Origin: Patescibacteria group bacterium
GTDB lineage: Bacteria; Patescibacteriota; Dojkabacteria; GCA-002793355
DNA: 64,000 bases
Reading direction: 5' to 3'
Assembly (NCBI GenBank): GCA_016860985.1
Contig: BOKM01000001.1
Coordinates: 591,462 to 655,461, forward strand
Made by a program: the position numbers and the translations under genes
Part shown: piece after piece, positions 40,601 to 51,914 of the stretch
Numbering within the stretch: position 1 is the first letter of the stretch
Layout: the number at the start of each line of letters is the position of its first letter
Notes under the pieces: model-generated
What the model was told of the DNA's origin: nothing
What the model saw: the letters and a program-made list of their open reading frames with translations, nothing else
The model's database searches: none

Positions 40601-41091
40601 CATTAGTTGCAACAACAGCAGAAGTAAATGTACTGAAAGCCAGAACACTCAATGTAAACGATAACTTCCTTGTAGACGACGAAGGGAATGTTTCTACAAG
40701 CGGAGAACTTTTTGCCGGAGCGATAGAAACGCCAGTAATAAAAGGTGTCGCCGGTGGGTTGAATATAAATATTGGAGAGCAAGAAACCTTTACCGTTTCG
40801 GTTGGTGATACAAAGGCAATTGAGGCAAGCGTGAAAGGAGTTAAAGTCAATAACTTATTAGTAAGCGAGCAGCAGGCAGGCAAAGTAACTCTCCCAGCTG
40901 GTCAAACAACCACAACCGTACAAAGCGAATTGGTTGCTCCTGAATCCGTAGTTGTTGTGACTCCAAATATTCCAGTGGTAACAGCTGTCAAGACAAATAA
41001 TGGCTATTTTGTTATTTCGATAGCAACTGCGAGTTCGCAGGATATCGAACTCGCATGGTATGTCGTAAATGTGGATAGAGGAGAAGATTAA
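28684..41091 (+). CDS. giant (4135-aa) secreted mosaic surface protein
   Basis: Single uninterrupted ORF with signal peptide 'MRNRSGQSPSAFLRVTLFALLLTTFSFLGQVRAATTD'. Internal module repeats, YadA-head-like/tail-fibre-like repeats, FN3-like and ConA/LamG-like C-terminal regions; Thr/Gly/Ser-rich. Confidence 0.8.
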   Translation: MRNRSGQSPSAFLRVTLFALLLTTFSFLGQVRAATTDTISFQSKLTNTDGTNISNGTYNFRFRMYSVSSGGTSHWTEDRSLVVNAGVVSVDLGAVQSFPSDLFDYSDLYLQVCFDANGTDLDSSDANCGSGSHRYEEVFSTRKAITAVPVAFRAKYLTDGAGNAYGFNDFFIQGGNAFGAVGVIGTTDNYGLEFRTNNSVVGSFDTSGTFEMAGLAKIGAVAIDDAPSNTYGPALWGGTFNNGLTIKRDLVDLSMQVVTGSLTELNINPSATPIADSVGSLTLVYSNAANSENLSSLYGVYGETIHSSSGTADYLYGGHFSASRDTSTGGAVGTTYGISAYAADGDNIIAGSFVANRQLGATNVDTKGVSSFVSNQYAQSSGVDNTYGSYVSVSRQNATGGTVNTYGIYAELGGDNAGSGVHTTYGLYLENFGGGDTNYAIYTNGTTPSRFGGSITTEGILGIKETGTTPTYYTYFQGGDQAGDITYTLPTASSNGVLTNTGGVLSWAAGGGGISQVGSMTSSVVFGDVTADDDWLGLGASAGRIEFDDLTIDEINILGARVGIGTSTPTDALSLVVNETDNAIWGGGVSVFYDYAPATAGTGYPIGIINSVSVGVGNANGMSGLIGIQNEVSNDGSGDIDNLIGMITSAYNSGSNQVTSIMGASISAGASGGGATNLIGLNVSANDTIPGVTNLYGIYVGAFNDGIGDTQNRYTLYLAEDEDGSTAVNDFGLYSADPNVVNYFAGNVGIGTVSPTSFVLQVAGDIGPDADDTYDLGSSSLRFRDLYLGGNTLHIGSSLTDEGTISYNTTTNVLGISTDSTTNGDIAFFTNQLFLDKSSGNVGIGTTAPLSTLNIADNTGPVTLTSTLLGDPGTTGALGRYAFRAETTEAPSWTTVYNTPEVTVSAFAYDYENGVMYAAAGGGNGVIYRCVVSSGCDVSGDWTEVYDAASLWDQPAIVFDAATNTVFSTSDGVVSRCDTSTGCDAPGDWANVFTSGDDDVLSLGVDTANSVLYVGSAWTQGIIYRCDIAATSCDASGDFTTSFDTPDDGLTSMVYDATNGTMYAGSEWGGEVYRCDTATDCDAGTDWTVSGDLPGSGNLIHALAIDTANDILYASSDDVIYRCPLSSGCDALTDWSISYDTNLSGVYSLGYDTVHERMFAGTGNTGIVYQCATSTGCDSSSDWSVSYDSTQTSILSIGVVNGVVYAGSGNGGFIYRFDDNTSPTYANYAAIEAYAVDTVTGSEDGRLSFKTMLGGTEYESLRVSGNASTFYSSLSLGTSSAGYDATFNASGVNRSLFWESSTGRLIGRDGTNPMVMFTTQPSTADGVFTSFNATGTSKVVQFGNAAMNIGGGGKFRLFNQPTWAVGEDPGAMSAVETLEMNSATGSIGINPSGNASAPTTENIRITTNVSVAADITGLYITGSNPGGSWTAGYFGGNVGIGATGVPNATLNVRGSANQVQFAVRNNGTQSANMVEFQNSSGTALTSINSSGHLDLSGNAIPNAWNTVLKFNNDTLGATELAGGFTNGFIRSSTGRLLVNYITDNAANSLFGGGVNGDAYRRFTMGGDGKWSVGDGTGLQDTNLYRSAANQWTTDDSFRIKGTLGVMEGTGATYYTIFQGGDQAGDITYTLPTASSNGFLQNTGGLLSWAAGSSSVTVGSMTGGTLFADATADDDWLGLGASAGRIAFDDQTTDYVNILDANVGIGIAAPTERLHIANNGDTYLNINATNGSGQISGLKLQRGTWLTDTYTDYSLYVSNGDFMIDTLDDNVTTNVFHIDGATGYTGIGMSTTANRLAVKGGQSVATIGVSNLITADGTFATSSGWTAGSGWSIGSGVVTHTTGNTATLSGTTGATDDDLVYQVNFTVAVTTAGDGFTVSLGGNDAGTTITTAGAKVLYIRPTDLTGTLVFTPGPAGTFVGTIDDVTVYAISQSNADVLVQNSNGTTNPLELRAGGSGALSTFIGTNAGRYNTTTGGGGNGLYNTFVGYNSGRFNATGNSNTTLGHYALARNTTGYSNTAIGTWAMEYNISGYRNSAFGDGALGLNTTGYENSGFGMYSLAENTTGNRNVALGYAALEENTTGHSNISVGSRSGRYLADGSTPNTNSIESIFIGTDTEALAASGTNEIVIGYAAEGLGSNSVVLGNDSIIKTLLRGNVGIGASSSNQLYVYDGQWADTVNPQVLIYGVDNETQVKALSIVDENDNEYFYVRSTTDDRGETYFLGDVGIGVESPAYALSVQAAAGQDAINWRNPTYELGRLGYSTDNDSGWLGLYRNGSSEVEIKANGDSYFNGGDVGIGLDYANTRLHVKGSSSLASVGVTNLVTADGTFATSSGWTEGTGWTIGSGVATHATGNTGILSGTTTATNTSTVYQVNFTTTVTTAGDGLTVSLGGQDAGETITTAGAKTLYIVPSAGTGTLEFKLGALGTFVGTIDDVTVYALTGSTADATFESSNGTSSPIELRAGRSSSNNTFIGTNAGSFSTISGGGTYNTFIGYDSGRYTTTASRNTALGTWSFAQNTTGYRSTAIGYSALSENTTGYRNTALGSNALELNTTGYDNAAVGTYALNVNTTGYENASLGIYSLEANTTGNRNVAIGFAALENNTTGYRNTAIGSRSGRYLADGVTSNTNSISSIFIGSDTEALAASGTNEIVIGYGAEGLGSNSVVLGNDSITKTLLQGNVGIGASSNNQLYVYDSQWADITNPQVLIYGVDNETQVKALSIVDENDNEYFYVRSSPDDKGETYFNGDVGIGVESPAYKLAVGGTLGILEGGSTPSFYTIFQGGDQSANLTYTLPTTSTNGVLTNTAGVLSWVAGGGGGIGQVGSMTGTPAFGDATADDDWLGLGASAGRIAFDDQAIDYVNILDANVGIGYATPTARLDIQGTVTEASLGAEMITATADRDFSSWTGNWSGTDWAPSGDGRARHLISVGFSHPFSLSNAALSAAPASGNVYKITFTVETSTVGSLLVSIGGANSGVLVGKQLNTETHTVVITATGTGALTFTPNTGGWEGYLDDISVVQVTPTNAVEILRNADGTIGSELRAGGSALYNTFVGNSSGQANTTGYNNAALGRQALGHNIAGYRNSAVGYNALYENTIGHDNVAFGTFASRWNNIGNYNTSVGVYALGSSTSGSYNTSIGYQSLYNVTSGNNNTAFGSSVGYSLSTGANNVLFGYQAGDNLTSGSNNIVIGYNVDAPSATASNQLNIGNFIFGTGIDGTGTTVSNGRIGIGTTAPQTTFDVAGSGAFSALGVKYITGSIDPTASTTVTGTGTLFLSEVDPGDRIALDGTATITGSIDPTASTAVTGVGTLFLTELKVGDQITVNSETRTVIAIASNTALTVGVAFTDTANDTSIVRTSTEIRTVVSIASNTSLTVDRAYLDNSADSQITVYRDTFDVTGAALFKGGALFTGLGTPGAPTVTPQGTTGAATWTYKISAVNATGNETVLSADGSTTSGNATLSGTNFNRITWSETPGAAAYRIYRVATGTSPNTSGYIGTVDAHSTLQFDDTGIGIMGGYSGSVFDETSNVGIGTLKTPPRDTLTVDGRINQTWHYMFEDFFGGRANQTANAVINAGNAMSFARIGTSGCTASYPSVANGVYRMTSGATAALGCLLSQAGTAGLPNIKQVDVSLAPVLEVVLNPGATSAKTMIVGFSNQTTATVAEPTAGLYFYASTAGTPSDQWIAVARNASVSTTQATGVTTNTNTYQVLRIEASATHARYYINDVLVADLRTNIPASGATLEFVVGHATTAAAAKTVDIDSIEFWQDDPVVSGMPGQLPAGFDGSNLLQNHMLYSDTTYAKGASEETIPEGYVVSFTDSTEFDDNGKNRLVYNIEKSKAGDSTVLGIGSGLIDPNAPFEIGLNPYAVALYGPTYAWVEEGGETNITLGQELRLSSKSEGVLSVEGGQIIARSLEVVDWNVIDGVEGQSKRKLIKVFAMNGGSQNAALVAGGVSNYFTAVDDSSIQTPYRLIANSLVATTAEVNVLKARTLNVNDNFLVDDEGNVSTSGELFAGAIETPVIKGVAGGLNINIGEQETFTVSVGDTKAIEASVKGVKVNNLLVSEQQAGKVTLPAGQTTTTVQSELVAPESVVVVTPNIPVVTAVKTNNGYFVISIATASSQDIELAWYVVNVDRGED
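34084..36960 (+). repeat. intragenic tandem duplication (two diverged copies of about 1.45 kb each) within the giant gene
   Basis: Encoded blocks 'TADGTFATSSGWTAGSGWSIGSGVVTHTTGNTATLSGTTGATDDDLVYQVNFTVAVTTAGDGFTVSLGG ... VESPAYAL' and 'TADGTFATSSGWTEGTGWTIGSGVATHATGNTGILSGTTTATNTSTVYQVNFTTTVTTAGDGLTVSLGG ... VESPAYKL' are collinear over about 480 aa, with about 80% DNA identity in long stretches. Confidence 0.8.
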
Positions 41092-41107
41092 TATAAGAAA
41101 GGTAAGG

Positions 41108-43516
41108 ATGAACAAGTTATTAAAAGGTATGAGGGCGATGTCGTTAAGCTTCTTGGTGTTAATCGCTTCTTTTGGTGTTGTTCATGCTGCTAATTATGTA
41201 GAAACTACCTCCTATGACCTTGGGTATCCAGGGATTGATCTTGCCGAAGATTCGAGTGGAAACATCTTTATTGTAGATACAAATAATCAGAAAATTAAAA
41301 AATACGACCAAAACGGCAACTACTTATTACAATTTGGTGCCGAAGGAACAGGTAACGGGGAGTTCTCCTATGTTTCTAGTATGGCTATTGACTCTGCAGG
41401 TAATGTGTTTGTTGCAGACGAAGTTCGCGTTCAGAAGTTTTCAAATAATGGAGCCTTTCTCTCCGTATTTGCTAATACAGGTGAGGTAAAAGGAATGGCT
41501 ATTGATGCTGCTGACAATGTATATGTTTCGCTGCCTGTTGATTCGCAGATTGCAAAATACTCCTCTGCCGGTGCATTGCTTGGGTCTTTTGGAACTTTAG
41601 GTGACCAACCAGAAGAGTTTGATTCTCCAGGGAGCCTCACTATTGACGCAGCAGGGAATATTTATGTTGCAGATGAAGCCAATAAACGAATGCAGGTGTT
41701 CTCCTCGGGCTTTGAATACTTGTATGAGGTGACAGGTTTTGGCCCTGCAGAATCATGGTACATTATGCCTTTTGATATTGATGTAAGCCCATCTGGTGAA
41801 ACTTTTGTTGCTGATACCTACAATAATATTGTAAAGGTTTACGATAACACTGGATTGTTTTTGTCCAGTATTGATGTGCCGGGAAATCCGTACGGTATTA
41901 TTGCCAAAAGTAATGTGATTCTTGTAAGCGTTGCCGGAGATACAACGTTACGCAGGTTTACGTTGGATGATTTAGCGCCAACTATAAATGTAACACCGTT
42001 TGATAGTCATACGGTTGCGACAGGTCGACCCACTTTTGAAGGTTTGGCTGTCGATACCATGAGTCCGGTTACTTCAGTTGATTTCAAGGTAGAGGGTGGT
42101 GCGTATACAGGTGATTGGGCCAATTGTTCCCCTTCTGATGATTCGTACGATTCATTATCTGAAGCATTTACATGTATACCAGCCGACAGTATCCCCGTTG
42201 GGAGCTACACACTAACAGTACGGGCGACTGATAATGTTGCAAACACCAACCGTCAAGAAGACGATAATTTATTTACTTATACGTTTTCAATTATTGATGA
42301 TGCTCCTGCTAGTATAGATAACGAAGCGTTTCCGGAGGACAAAACGTTTGATACCACACCATTATTAACGGGAACAGTTGTTGATCTTGTTTCAGGAATT
42401 GTGAGTGTTGAGTACGAGTTAACCTCTGAAGCATCGGGAGTGTGGCACGCCTGTACCTCTGAAGATGGTGCATTTGATGAGCTTGCAGAAGTATATCAAT
42501 GTCAATTAGTTGATGCCTTAAGTGCAGGTATACATATAGTAACGATTCGTTCGACTGATGCTTCAGGTTTTACTAATGAACCATATCCTGATGGAAATGC
42601 GTGGGAATATACCTTTGAAGTAAGAGCGCTGACGACCCCAACTGTGGCAACAGGTACAGCGAGTTCAATTACTTCCAGCTCTGCAGTGATTGGCGGGACT
42701 GTTTCAAGCAATGGAGGGAGTGTTGTAACTGAGCGGGGTATTGTGTATTCAGCAACAGTAAGTACCCCTACGGTTTCTGATATAAAAGTAGCAAGTGGTA
42801 TGGGGGTAGGAGTATACACAGCGAGCCTAAGTAGTCTTGCTGCATCAACTCATTACTACGCGCGTTCATATGCAATAAACGCACAAGGAACATCGTACGG
42901 CTCCGTTCTCGAATTCACTACGCTTGCAGCTGCACCTACAACACCTGCCTCGCTACAGAATGTGTATGTCACGTTTGCAAAGTTTAAATATAATAAATAT
43001 GTATCTCCTTCTGCTCTTCGCACGGGGGATACGGCGTATATAAAGAATTTCAATACGAGTAAGTTGAAATTGTTACAGGTTTTTCTTTATGACTATGCAA
43101 AAAAAGGGAATCAAGGGTTTACCAAGTCAAAGGTGACAACATCGTCAATGTTTCTTAGAACAACTAGCCTTCTACCGACGGGTAAGCGCTACGCGTATGT
43201 CTTTAAATTCCAAGATAAAGCAACAGGGATCATCGCAACCAAATATTTTGTTGTATATACAACAAAAGTATGGCAGGGAAAGTCGGTTTTAGGAGTTACA
43301 ACGACAACGGAAACTGGAGTGCAGAATAAGCCGGGGCCTGACCCAAGTGAAGTTGCGCCGAATTATGTTGCCAATCCACTTCCACAGTATAGTGGAGATT
43401 GGAATAGAATATGGTCTAACGTTGTTGATTCAGGCGTGCTACCTTATATTGCTGTTGCTATTTGTATTGGAGGAGTTGTGATTGTCTTTCTAAGAAATAT
43501 AAAGCATGAATCCTGA
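41108..43516 (+). CDS. NHL-repeat (six-bladed beta-propeller) surface protein with Ig-like domains and C-terminal TM anchor
   Basis: Start at ATG 41108 with RBS-like AAGAAAGGTAAGG upstream; signal peptide 'MNKLLKGMRAMSLSFLVLIASFGVVHA'. Repeated 'GN.F.VAD..N.R.Q.F' NHL blades, e.g. 'SGNIFIVDTNNQKIKKYDQNG' and 'AGNVFVADEVRVQKFSNNG'. C-terminal 'VLPYIAVAICIGGVVIVFLRNIKHES'. Confidence 0.75.
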   Translation: MNKLLKGMRAMSLSFLVLIASFGVVHAANYVETTSYDLGYPGIDLAEDSSGNIFIVDTNNQKIKKYDQNGNYLLQFGAEGTGNGEFSYVSSMAIDSAGNVFVADEVRVQKFSNNGAFLSVFANTGEVKGMAIDAADNVYVSLPVDSQIAKYSSAGALLGSFGTLGDQPEEFDSPGSLTIDAAGNIYVADEANKRMQVFSSGFEYLYEVTGFGPAESWYIMPFDIDVSPSGETFVADTYNNIVKVYDNTGLFLSSIDVPGNPYGIIAKSNVILVSVAGDTTLRRFTLDDLAPTINVTPFDSHTVATGRPTFEGLAVDTMSPVTSVDFKVEGGAYTGDWANCSPSDDSYDSLSEAFTCIPADSIPVGSYTLTVRATDNVANTNRQEDDNLFTYTFSIIDDAPASIDNEAFPEDKTFDTTPLLTGTVVDLVSGIVSVEYELTSEASGVWHACTSEDGAFDELAEVYQCQLVDALSAGIHIVTIRSTDASGFTNEPYPDGNAWEYTFEVRALTTPTVATGTASSITSSSAVIGGTVSSNGGSVVTERGIVYSATVSTPTVSDIKVASGMGVGVYTASLSSLAASTHYYARSYAINAQGTSYGSVLEFTTLAAAPTTPASLQNVYVTFAKFKYNKYVSPSALRTGDTAYIKNFNTSKLKLLQVFLYDYAKKGNQGFTKSKVTTSSMFLRTTSLLPTGKRYAYVFKFQDKATGIIATKYFVVYTTKVWQGKSVLGVTTTTETGVQNKPGPDPSEVAPNYVANPLPQYSGDWNRIWSNVVDSGVLPYIAVAICIGGVVIVFLRNIKHES

Positions 43517-43817
43517 GGAATCATTTAGTAAAGCCGACGCATTATGTGGGGATCAAGATTTTACCTTCCAATATGAGCCAGATAGAACTGACCTGCTTGT
43601 TGCTGCAACCTTACCTGCTGTAAATGCAAAAGCGAGAAAAGGTGACGTCAAATTAGATACTGATGCACTCATTTTGCGTAAAGCGCAGTGCCGTTTGTGT
43701 AAATTGAATGCTGCAAACCAGCGACATGGTGGAAATGTATCTTGCCTGCCCCGACTGCAATCGACCCTAGATATGGTCACTTTCAAGGTTATTCCTCAGA
43801 TCAAAGAGAAGAGATAG
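43506..43817 (+). CDS. small hypothetical ORF (doubtful)
   Basis: 103-aa ORF overlapping the NHL gene stop. No motifs, and an antisense ORF covers the same span. Confidence 0.2.
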   Translation: MNPEESFSKADALCGDQDFTFQYEPDRTDLLVAATLPAVNAKARKGDVKLDTDALILRKAQCRLCKLNAANQRHGGNVSCLPRLQSTLDMVTFKVIPQIKEKR

Positions 43818-43826
43818 TTACGGCTC

Positions 43827-43856
43827 TTGACTTGCTGGTTTTGTTTTGTGTATAAT
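43827..43856 (+). promoter_or_regulatory. rRNA operon promoter, sigma70 consensus (TTGACT-18-TATAAT)
   Basis: TTGACT at 43827-43832 and TATAAT at 43851-43856, about 290 nt upstream of the 16S 5' end. Confidence 0.55.
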
Positions 43857-44146
43857 ACCCCTGCTCTTAAGAAAAAAAGTAAGAAGAGTTGTATCCCAAA
43901 AGATTAATAAAGCGCAATTTGACACTGCATTCGTTTGTGTTACAATTACGAACATTTAATCCGAAAGGATTTGCTCCTTGACAATCGAGGTGTGGCGGGA
44001 AACCGCACCAATTCAGTAGAAATACTACAAAAAACAAAATTAGGGTTGCGAGGCGACTTCGGTCAAATCGGAACGCTAGTTCAATAAATCGAAAACGCGA
44101 AAGAATTCAAAAGCAATCGCAGGTTCGATCATGAGTCAATGACTCC

Positions 44147-45698
<1,552 letters not shown>

Positions 45699-45739
45699 TA
45701 GGAGATGAGCGGTTTTCTCGCCACACCAGGATTGTTAAG

Positions 45740-45811
45740 GGGCATGTAGCTCAGTGGTAGAGCACTGTACTGATAATGCAGTGGTCCTTGGTTCGACCCC
45801 AAGCATGCCCA
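45740..45811 (+). tRNA. tRNA-Ile (anticodon GAT) in the 16S-23S spacer
   Basis: 'GGGCATGTAGCTCAGTGGTAGAGCACTGTACTGATAATGCAGTGGTCCTTGGTTCGACCCCAAGCATGCCCA' forms a cloverleaf. Confidence 0.9.
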
Positions 45812-45824
45812 TTTCTAGGGACCC

Positions 45825-45897
45825 GGGCCTGTAGCTCAGTTGGTAGAGCACTCGCTTTGCATGCGAGTTGTCAGGGGTTCGAATCCCCTCAGGTCCA
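45825..45897 (+). tRNA. tRNA-Ala (anticodon TGC) in the 16S-23S spacer
   Basis: 'GGGCCTGTAGCTCAGTTGGTAGAGCACTCGCTTTGCATGCGAGTTGTCAGGGGTTCGAATCCCCTCAGGTCCA' with the G3:U70 alanine identity pair. Confidence 0.9.
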
Positions 45898-46239
45898 AGA
45901 ATCTTTAAAAGGTTCTGAGTCTGAGGAAATGGAAAAATTGCATTATCATAATTAGTCAATGTCGGCTTCCAATATAAACGGAGCCAAAAAGCATTGCATA
46001 CACCTCGGTTCTTTGATAAAATCTGCTTACGCTCGTAAAGAAAGCAGAAGAGAGTGAAGGAATTATGGAGTTTTTCGCAAGGAAAATTCCCAGTTCTTTT
46101 ACTGAAAGGAGGTTCGCCTCTGATAAAGGATGTGCGTTGGTTTTCTTCGGAATTCTGACCTCTCTCATTTGCGCAAGCAAATGAGGGAAAACACATTTGA
46201 ACATTGACAATTGAATTAGGTTTTGTGACCGTACAAAAA

Positions 46240-49370
<3,131 letters not shown>

Positions 49371-49588
49371 TTGTTTGGTCACATACCTATTCAGTTGCTT
49401 TTACATTAGACTCTGTCTAGTACGAAAGCAACTGAAAACACGAATTTCAGACTTGTCTGTGTATAACTTGTTATACAACCTACTTGTAGGTAAAGGAGTG
49501 TTATTCAATTGTCAGTGTTTGCATTTTTCTGTAAACACTTTTCAACTCTATCTAATAAAAATAGACAATGCTCTGTTTTTTATATGCG

Positions 49589-49613
49589 TAACCGACGTGC
49601 TCGGTTGTTTTTT
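49589..49613 (+). terminator. rho-independent terminator after the rRNA operon
   Basis: Hairpin AACCGA-CGTGC-TCGGTT followed by a T-rich run (TGTTTTTT). Confidence 0.5.
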
Positions 49614-49638
49614 ACGACCTATTGAGTAAAATGTAGCT

Positions 49639-50211
49639 ATGCCAGAAGTAGAGTTGAGAAAAAAATTTTCAGAACTACATGCGATGGATCAAAAATATCG
49701 CACTAATATCGAAACTTTCGATGCCAACTTACGGGAACAGAAAGTGCTTGACGAGCAAAATCTATTAATGTTGGAGGAAATAGTTGGAAAATTTGGCTGG
49801 CCAACAATTGCTGTATTAGGTGAAGATTTGGCTCGTGTACCGATACTAATTGCTCAACATTCGAGCTTTTTGGATCGCTCGGAACGTCTTTATGAGATAG
49901 CGTTTTCTGCATATAAACAAGATTCACGTGCATTGAAGCCAGAATGGCTAACAAATTGGATTGATTCGATTAGAGTGCAAAGTCAAAGGCCACTCGTTTA
50001 CGGTCAATATTTTTTACGAAGAAATGGAGAGCATTGGGTAATACCTCAAATTGAAGATGTAGAACGCTTAGAGCAAAGGCGACGAAGTATGGGACTTGAG
50101 CCGTTTCCTGTATTTTTCGCGCAGCGTTTGAGGGATTTTCCAGATAAGGCAGATAGAGAATCTCTTCTTAATTCTTATGAGACTATTTTTGGAGCAAGGT
50201 TTAGGGAATAA
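49639..50211 (+). CDS. hypothetical protein
   Basis: 190-aa ORF directly after the rRNA terminator. No recognised motif. Confidence 0.45.
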   Translation: MPEVELRKKFSELHAMDQKYRTNIETFDANLREQKVLDEQNLLMLEEIVGKFGWPTIAVLGEDLARVPILIAQHSSFLDRSERLYEIAFSAYKQDSRALKPEWLTNWIDSIRVQSQRPLVYGQYFLRRNGEHWVIPQIEDVERLEQRRRSMGLEPFPVFFAQRLRDFPDKADRESLLNSYETIFGARFRE

Positions 50212-50261
50212 TTTTTTGTCAGAAAGTTGAATTTATCGGTGTTTTGTTTTACTATGAAGAG

Positions 50262-51914
50262 ATGAATCGACGTGTCGTTGCCTTTCTAAAAAAATTACCC
50301 GGACTCGCAGTTATAGTTGTTGCAGGAACCATTTCATATTCGGTCGTCGCTGACTCTATCAATACACAAGTTACGGTTTCAAACTCGTCACCTACGTTTT
50401 CAGTCGCACCTGCAGAATCACCTGTGTCTGATACAACAACTCCAACCAACGTTGGAAATGTTGTCACGTTTCAGGCAACTGCCACCGATGCAAATAATGA
50501 TTCGTATCGGCTTGCAATCTGCAAAACAAATGCAGTAACCCCAAATGGTGTAGGTGCTCCCACATGTGATGGCGGAAGTTGGTGTGTTTCTTCTACAGCT
50601 GCCTCAGGTGCGCAAGCCTCCTGTACCTATACAGCTTTGTCAGGGGATGCCGAATCAAATGATTGGTTTGCTTTTGTTTGTGATTCAACAACCGGAAGTA
50701 CGTGTTCGTCGTCAAGCCAAGGGAGTGGGAGCGCAGGCTCTCCTTTTGCAGTTAATCACGCGCCTGCCTTTACTGCAATGAACTCTACCGCGGGGGATCC
50801 AGGAGCAACAATAACCTTCACCGCAACGGCCAGCGATGCTGATACAAGTGGAAGTGCAGATACCGTTCTCCTTGTTGTTTGTTCAGTATCTGGAGCAACT
50901 GCCAGTGGATGTACTATACCTGCAAATCAACTTTGTATTTCGACAGCGGTATCGAGCAATCCTACCTGTGATTACACCCTACCCGCGGTAAAAAATAGCG
51001 GTACAACGAGCTATTATTCCTATGTTTATGATAGTCACAATTTAGGGGCAACCAACAATCCTTTTCCTTCAAAATCCTACACAACTAATAATGTTTCGCC
51101 CTCAGTGTCAAATGTTGTCGTAAATGGTGCGGCAGACATTACGCTGACGGCAGGTACAACAACTAACGTTACGGTTACGGGCACAATTACCGATGCTAAC
51201 TCTTGTCAAAATATAAGTTCGGTGAAAACAAGCCTTTACCGTTCTGGAGTGGGCTATTCTGCGTGTGATACCGTTGGTGAGTTAAATTATAACTACTGTT
51301 ATTCACTCGTTACCTGTTCAGTTTCTGGAGGTTCCTGTACTGGTGGGACTGACGCATCTGCTGACTACTCTTGTACCGTAACGATGCAATATCATACAGA
51401 TCCAACCGATGTGTCGACTGTATATTCTGCCGAAAACTGGCTTGGAACGATTTTGGTAACCGATTCAGGTGCGTTAACTGCAACTGCTGAGTCGAGTACT
51501 CCCATAGAAGTTGCAAGTCTTACTGCACTCAGCCTTGACGCGCTTGTTTCCTATGGCAACATAGGCTTAGGGCAAGATTCTGGAGCGACTAATGCCACAA
51601 CAACCGTAACGGCACTTGGTAATGTCGGGATTGATACTGAATTGTCCGGTACATCAATGACAAATGGAACCGATACCATTCCTGTCGCCAACCAAAAATA
51701 TGGAACAACGGCTTTCACCTATTCGTCGGGGGGGACTGCGCTAAGCACAACACCCGTTGAAATCGAACTAAATGTGCTTAAGACAACGAGTGTGGGAACT
51801 CCGGCAACGAAGAGCCTGTATTGGGGTATTGCAATTCCAGGCAGTATAAGTTTTGGTACGTATACAGGGACAAATAACATCACAGCCATAAAAGGTGAAT
51901 CAAATGAATGGTAA
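50262..51914 (+). CDS. Cys-rich secreted surface protein sharing a C-terminal domain with the 1597-aa Gly-rich protein
   Basis: ATG 50262 preceded by GAAGAG, signal peptide 'MNRRVVAFLKKLPGLAVIVVAGTISYSVVA', many Cys pairs. The C-terminal half ('NVTVTGTITDANSCQNISSVKTSLYRSGVG ... SLYWGIAIPGSISFGTYTGTNNITAIK') parallels the C-terminus of the 52835-57604 product. Confidence 0.55.
   Translation: MNRRVVAFLKKLPGLAVIVVAGTISYSVVADSINTQVTVSNSSPTFSVAPAESPVSDTTTPTNVGNVVTFQATATDANNDSYRLAICKTNAVTPNGVGAPTCDGGSWCVSSTAASGAQASCTYTALSGDAESNDWFAFVCDSTTGSTCSSSSQGSGSAGSPFAVNHAPAFTAMNSTAGDPGATITFTATASDADTSGSADTVLLVVCSVSGATASGCTIPANQLCISTAVSSNPTCDYTLPAVKNSGTTSYYSYVYDSHNLGATNNPFPSKSYTTNNVSPSVSNVVVNGAADITLTAGTTTNVTVTGTITDANSCQNISSVKTSLYRSGVGYSACDTVGELNYNYCYSLVTCSVSGGSCTGGTDASADYSCTVTMQYHTDPTDVSTVYSAENWLGTILVTDSGALTATAESSTPIEVASLTALSLDALVSYGNIGLGQDSGATNATTTVTALGNVGIDTELSGTSMTNGTDTIPVANQKYGTTAFTYSSGGTALSTTPVEIELNVLKTTSVGTPATKSLYWGIAIPGSISFGTYTGTNNITAIKGESNEW

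Noticed and set aside
38400-41091. Diversity-generating retroelement (DGR) target at the C-terminus of the giant protein
   Set aside because: No reverse transcriptase gene, no nearby template-repeat copy of the 3' end of any gene, and no adenine-biased near-repeat in the window.
28817-41115. Dozens of 60-130-aa ORFs on the minus strand and in alternative + frames inside the giant gene
   Set aside because: They are fully nested in a long, repeat-rich, compositionally biased coding region. They are antisense or frame-shifted shadows with no start context.
43506-43817. 103-aa ORF between the NHL gene and the rRNA promoter
   Set aside because: It is overlapped by an antisense ORF of similar size, has no motifs and overlaps the preceding stop. 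It is listed only as a low-confidence feature, not as a finding.
43860-44146. Second rRNA promoter (TTGACA at 43977) and a boxA-like antiterminator in the 16S leader
   Set aside because: TTGACA lacks a plausible -10 at 16-19 nt spacing, and no clear GCTCTTTAACAA-like boxA was found. Only the upstream TTGACT-18-TATAAT promoter is reported.
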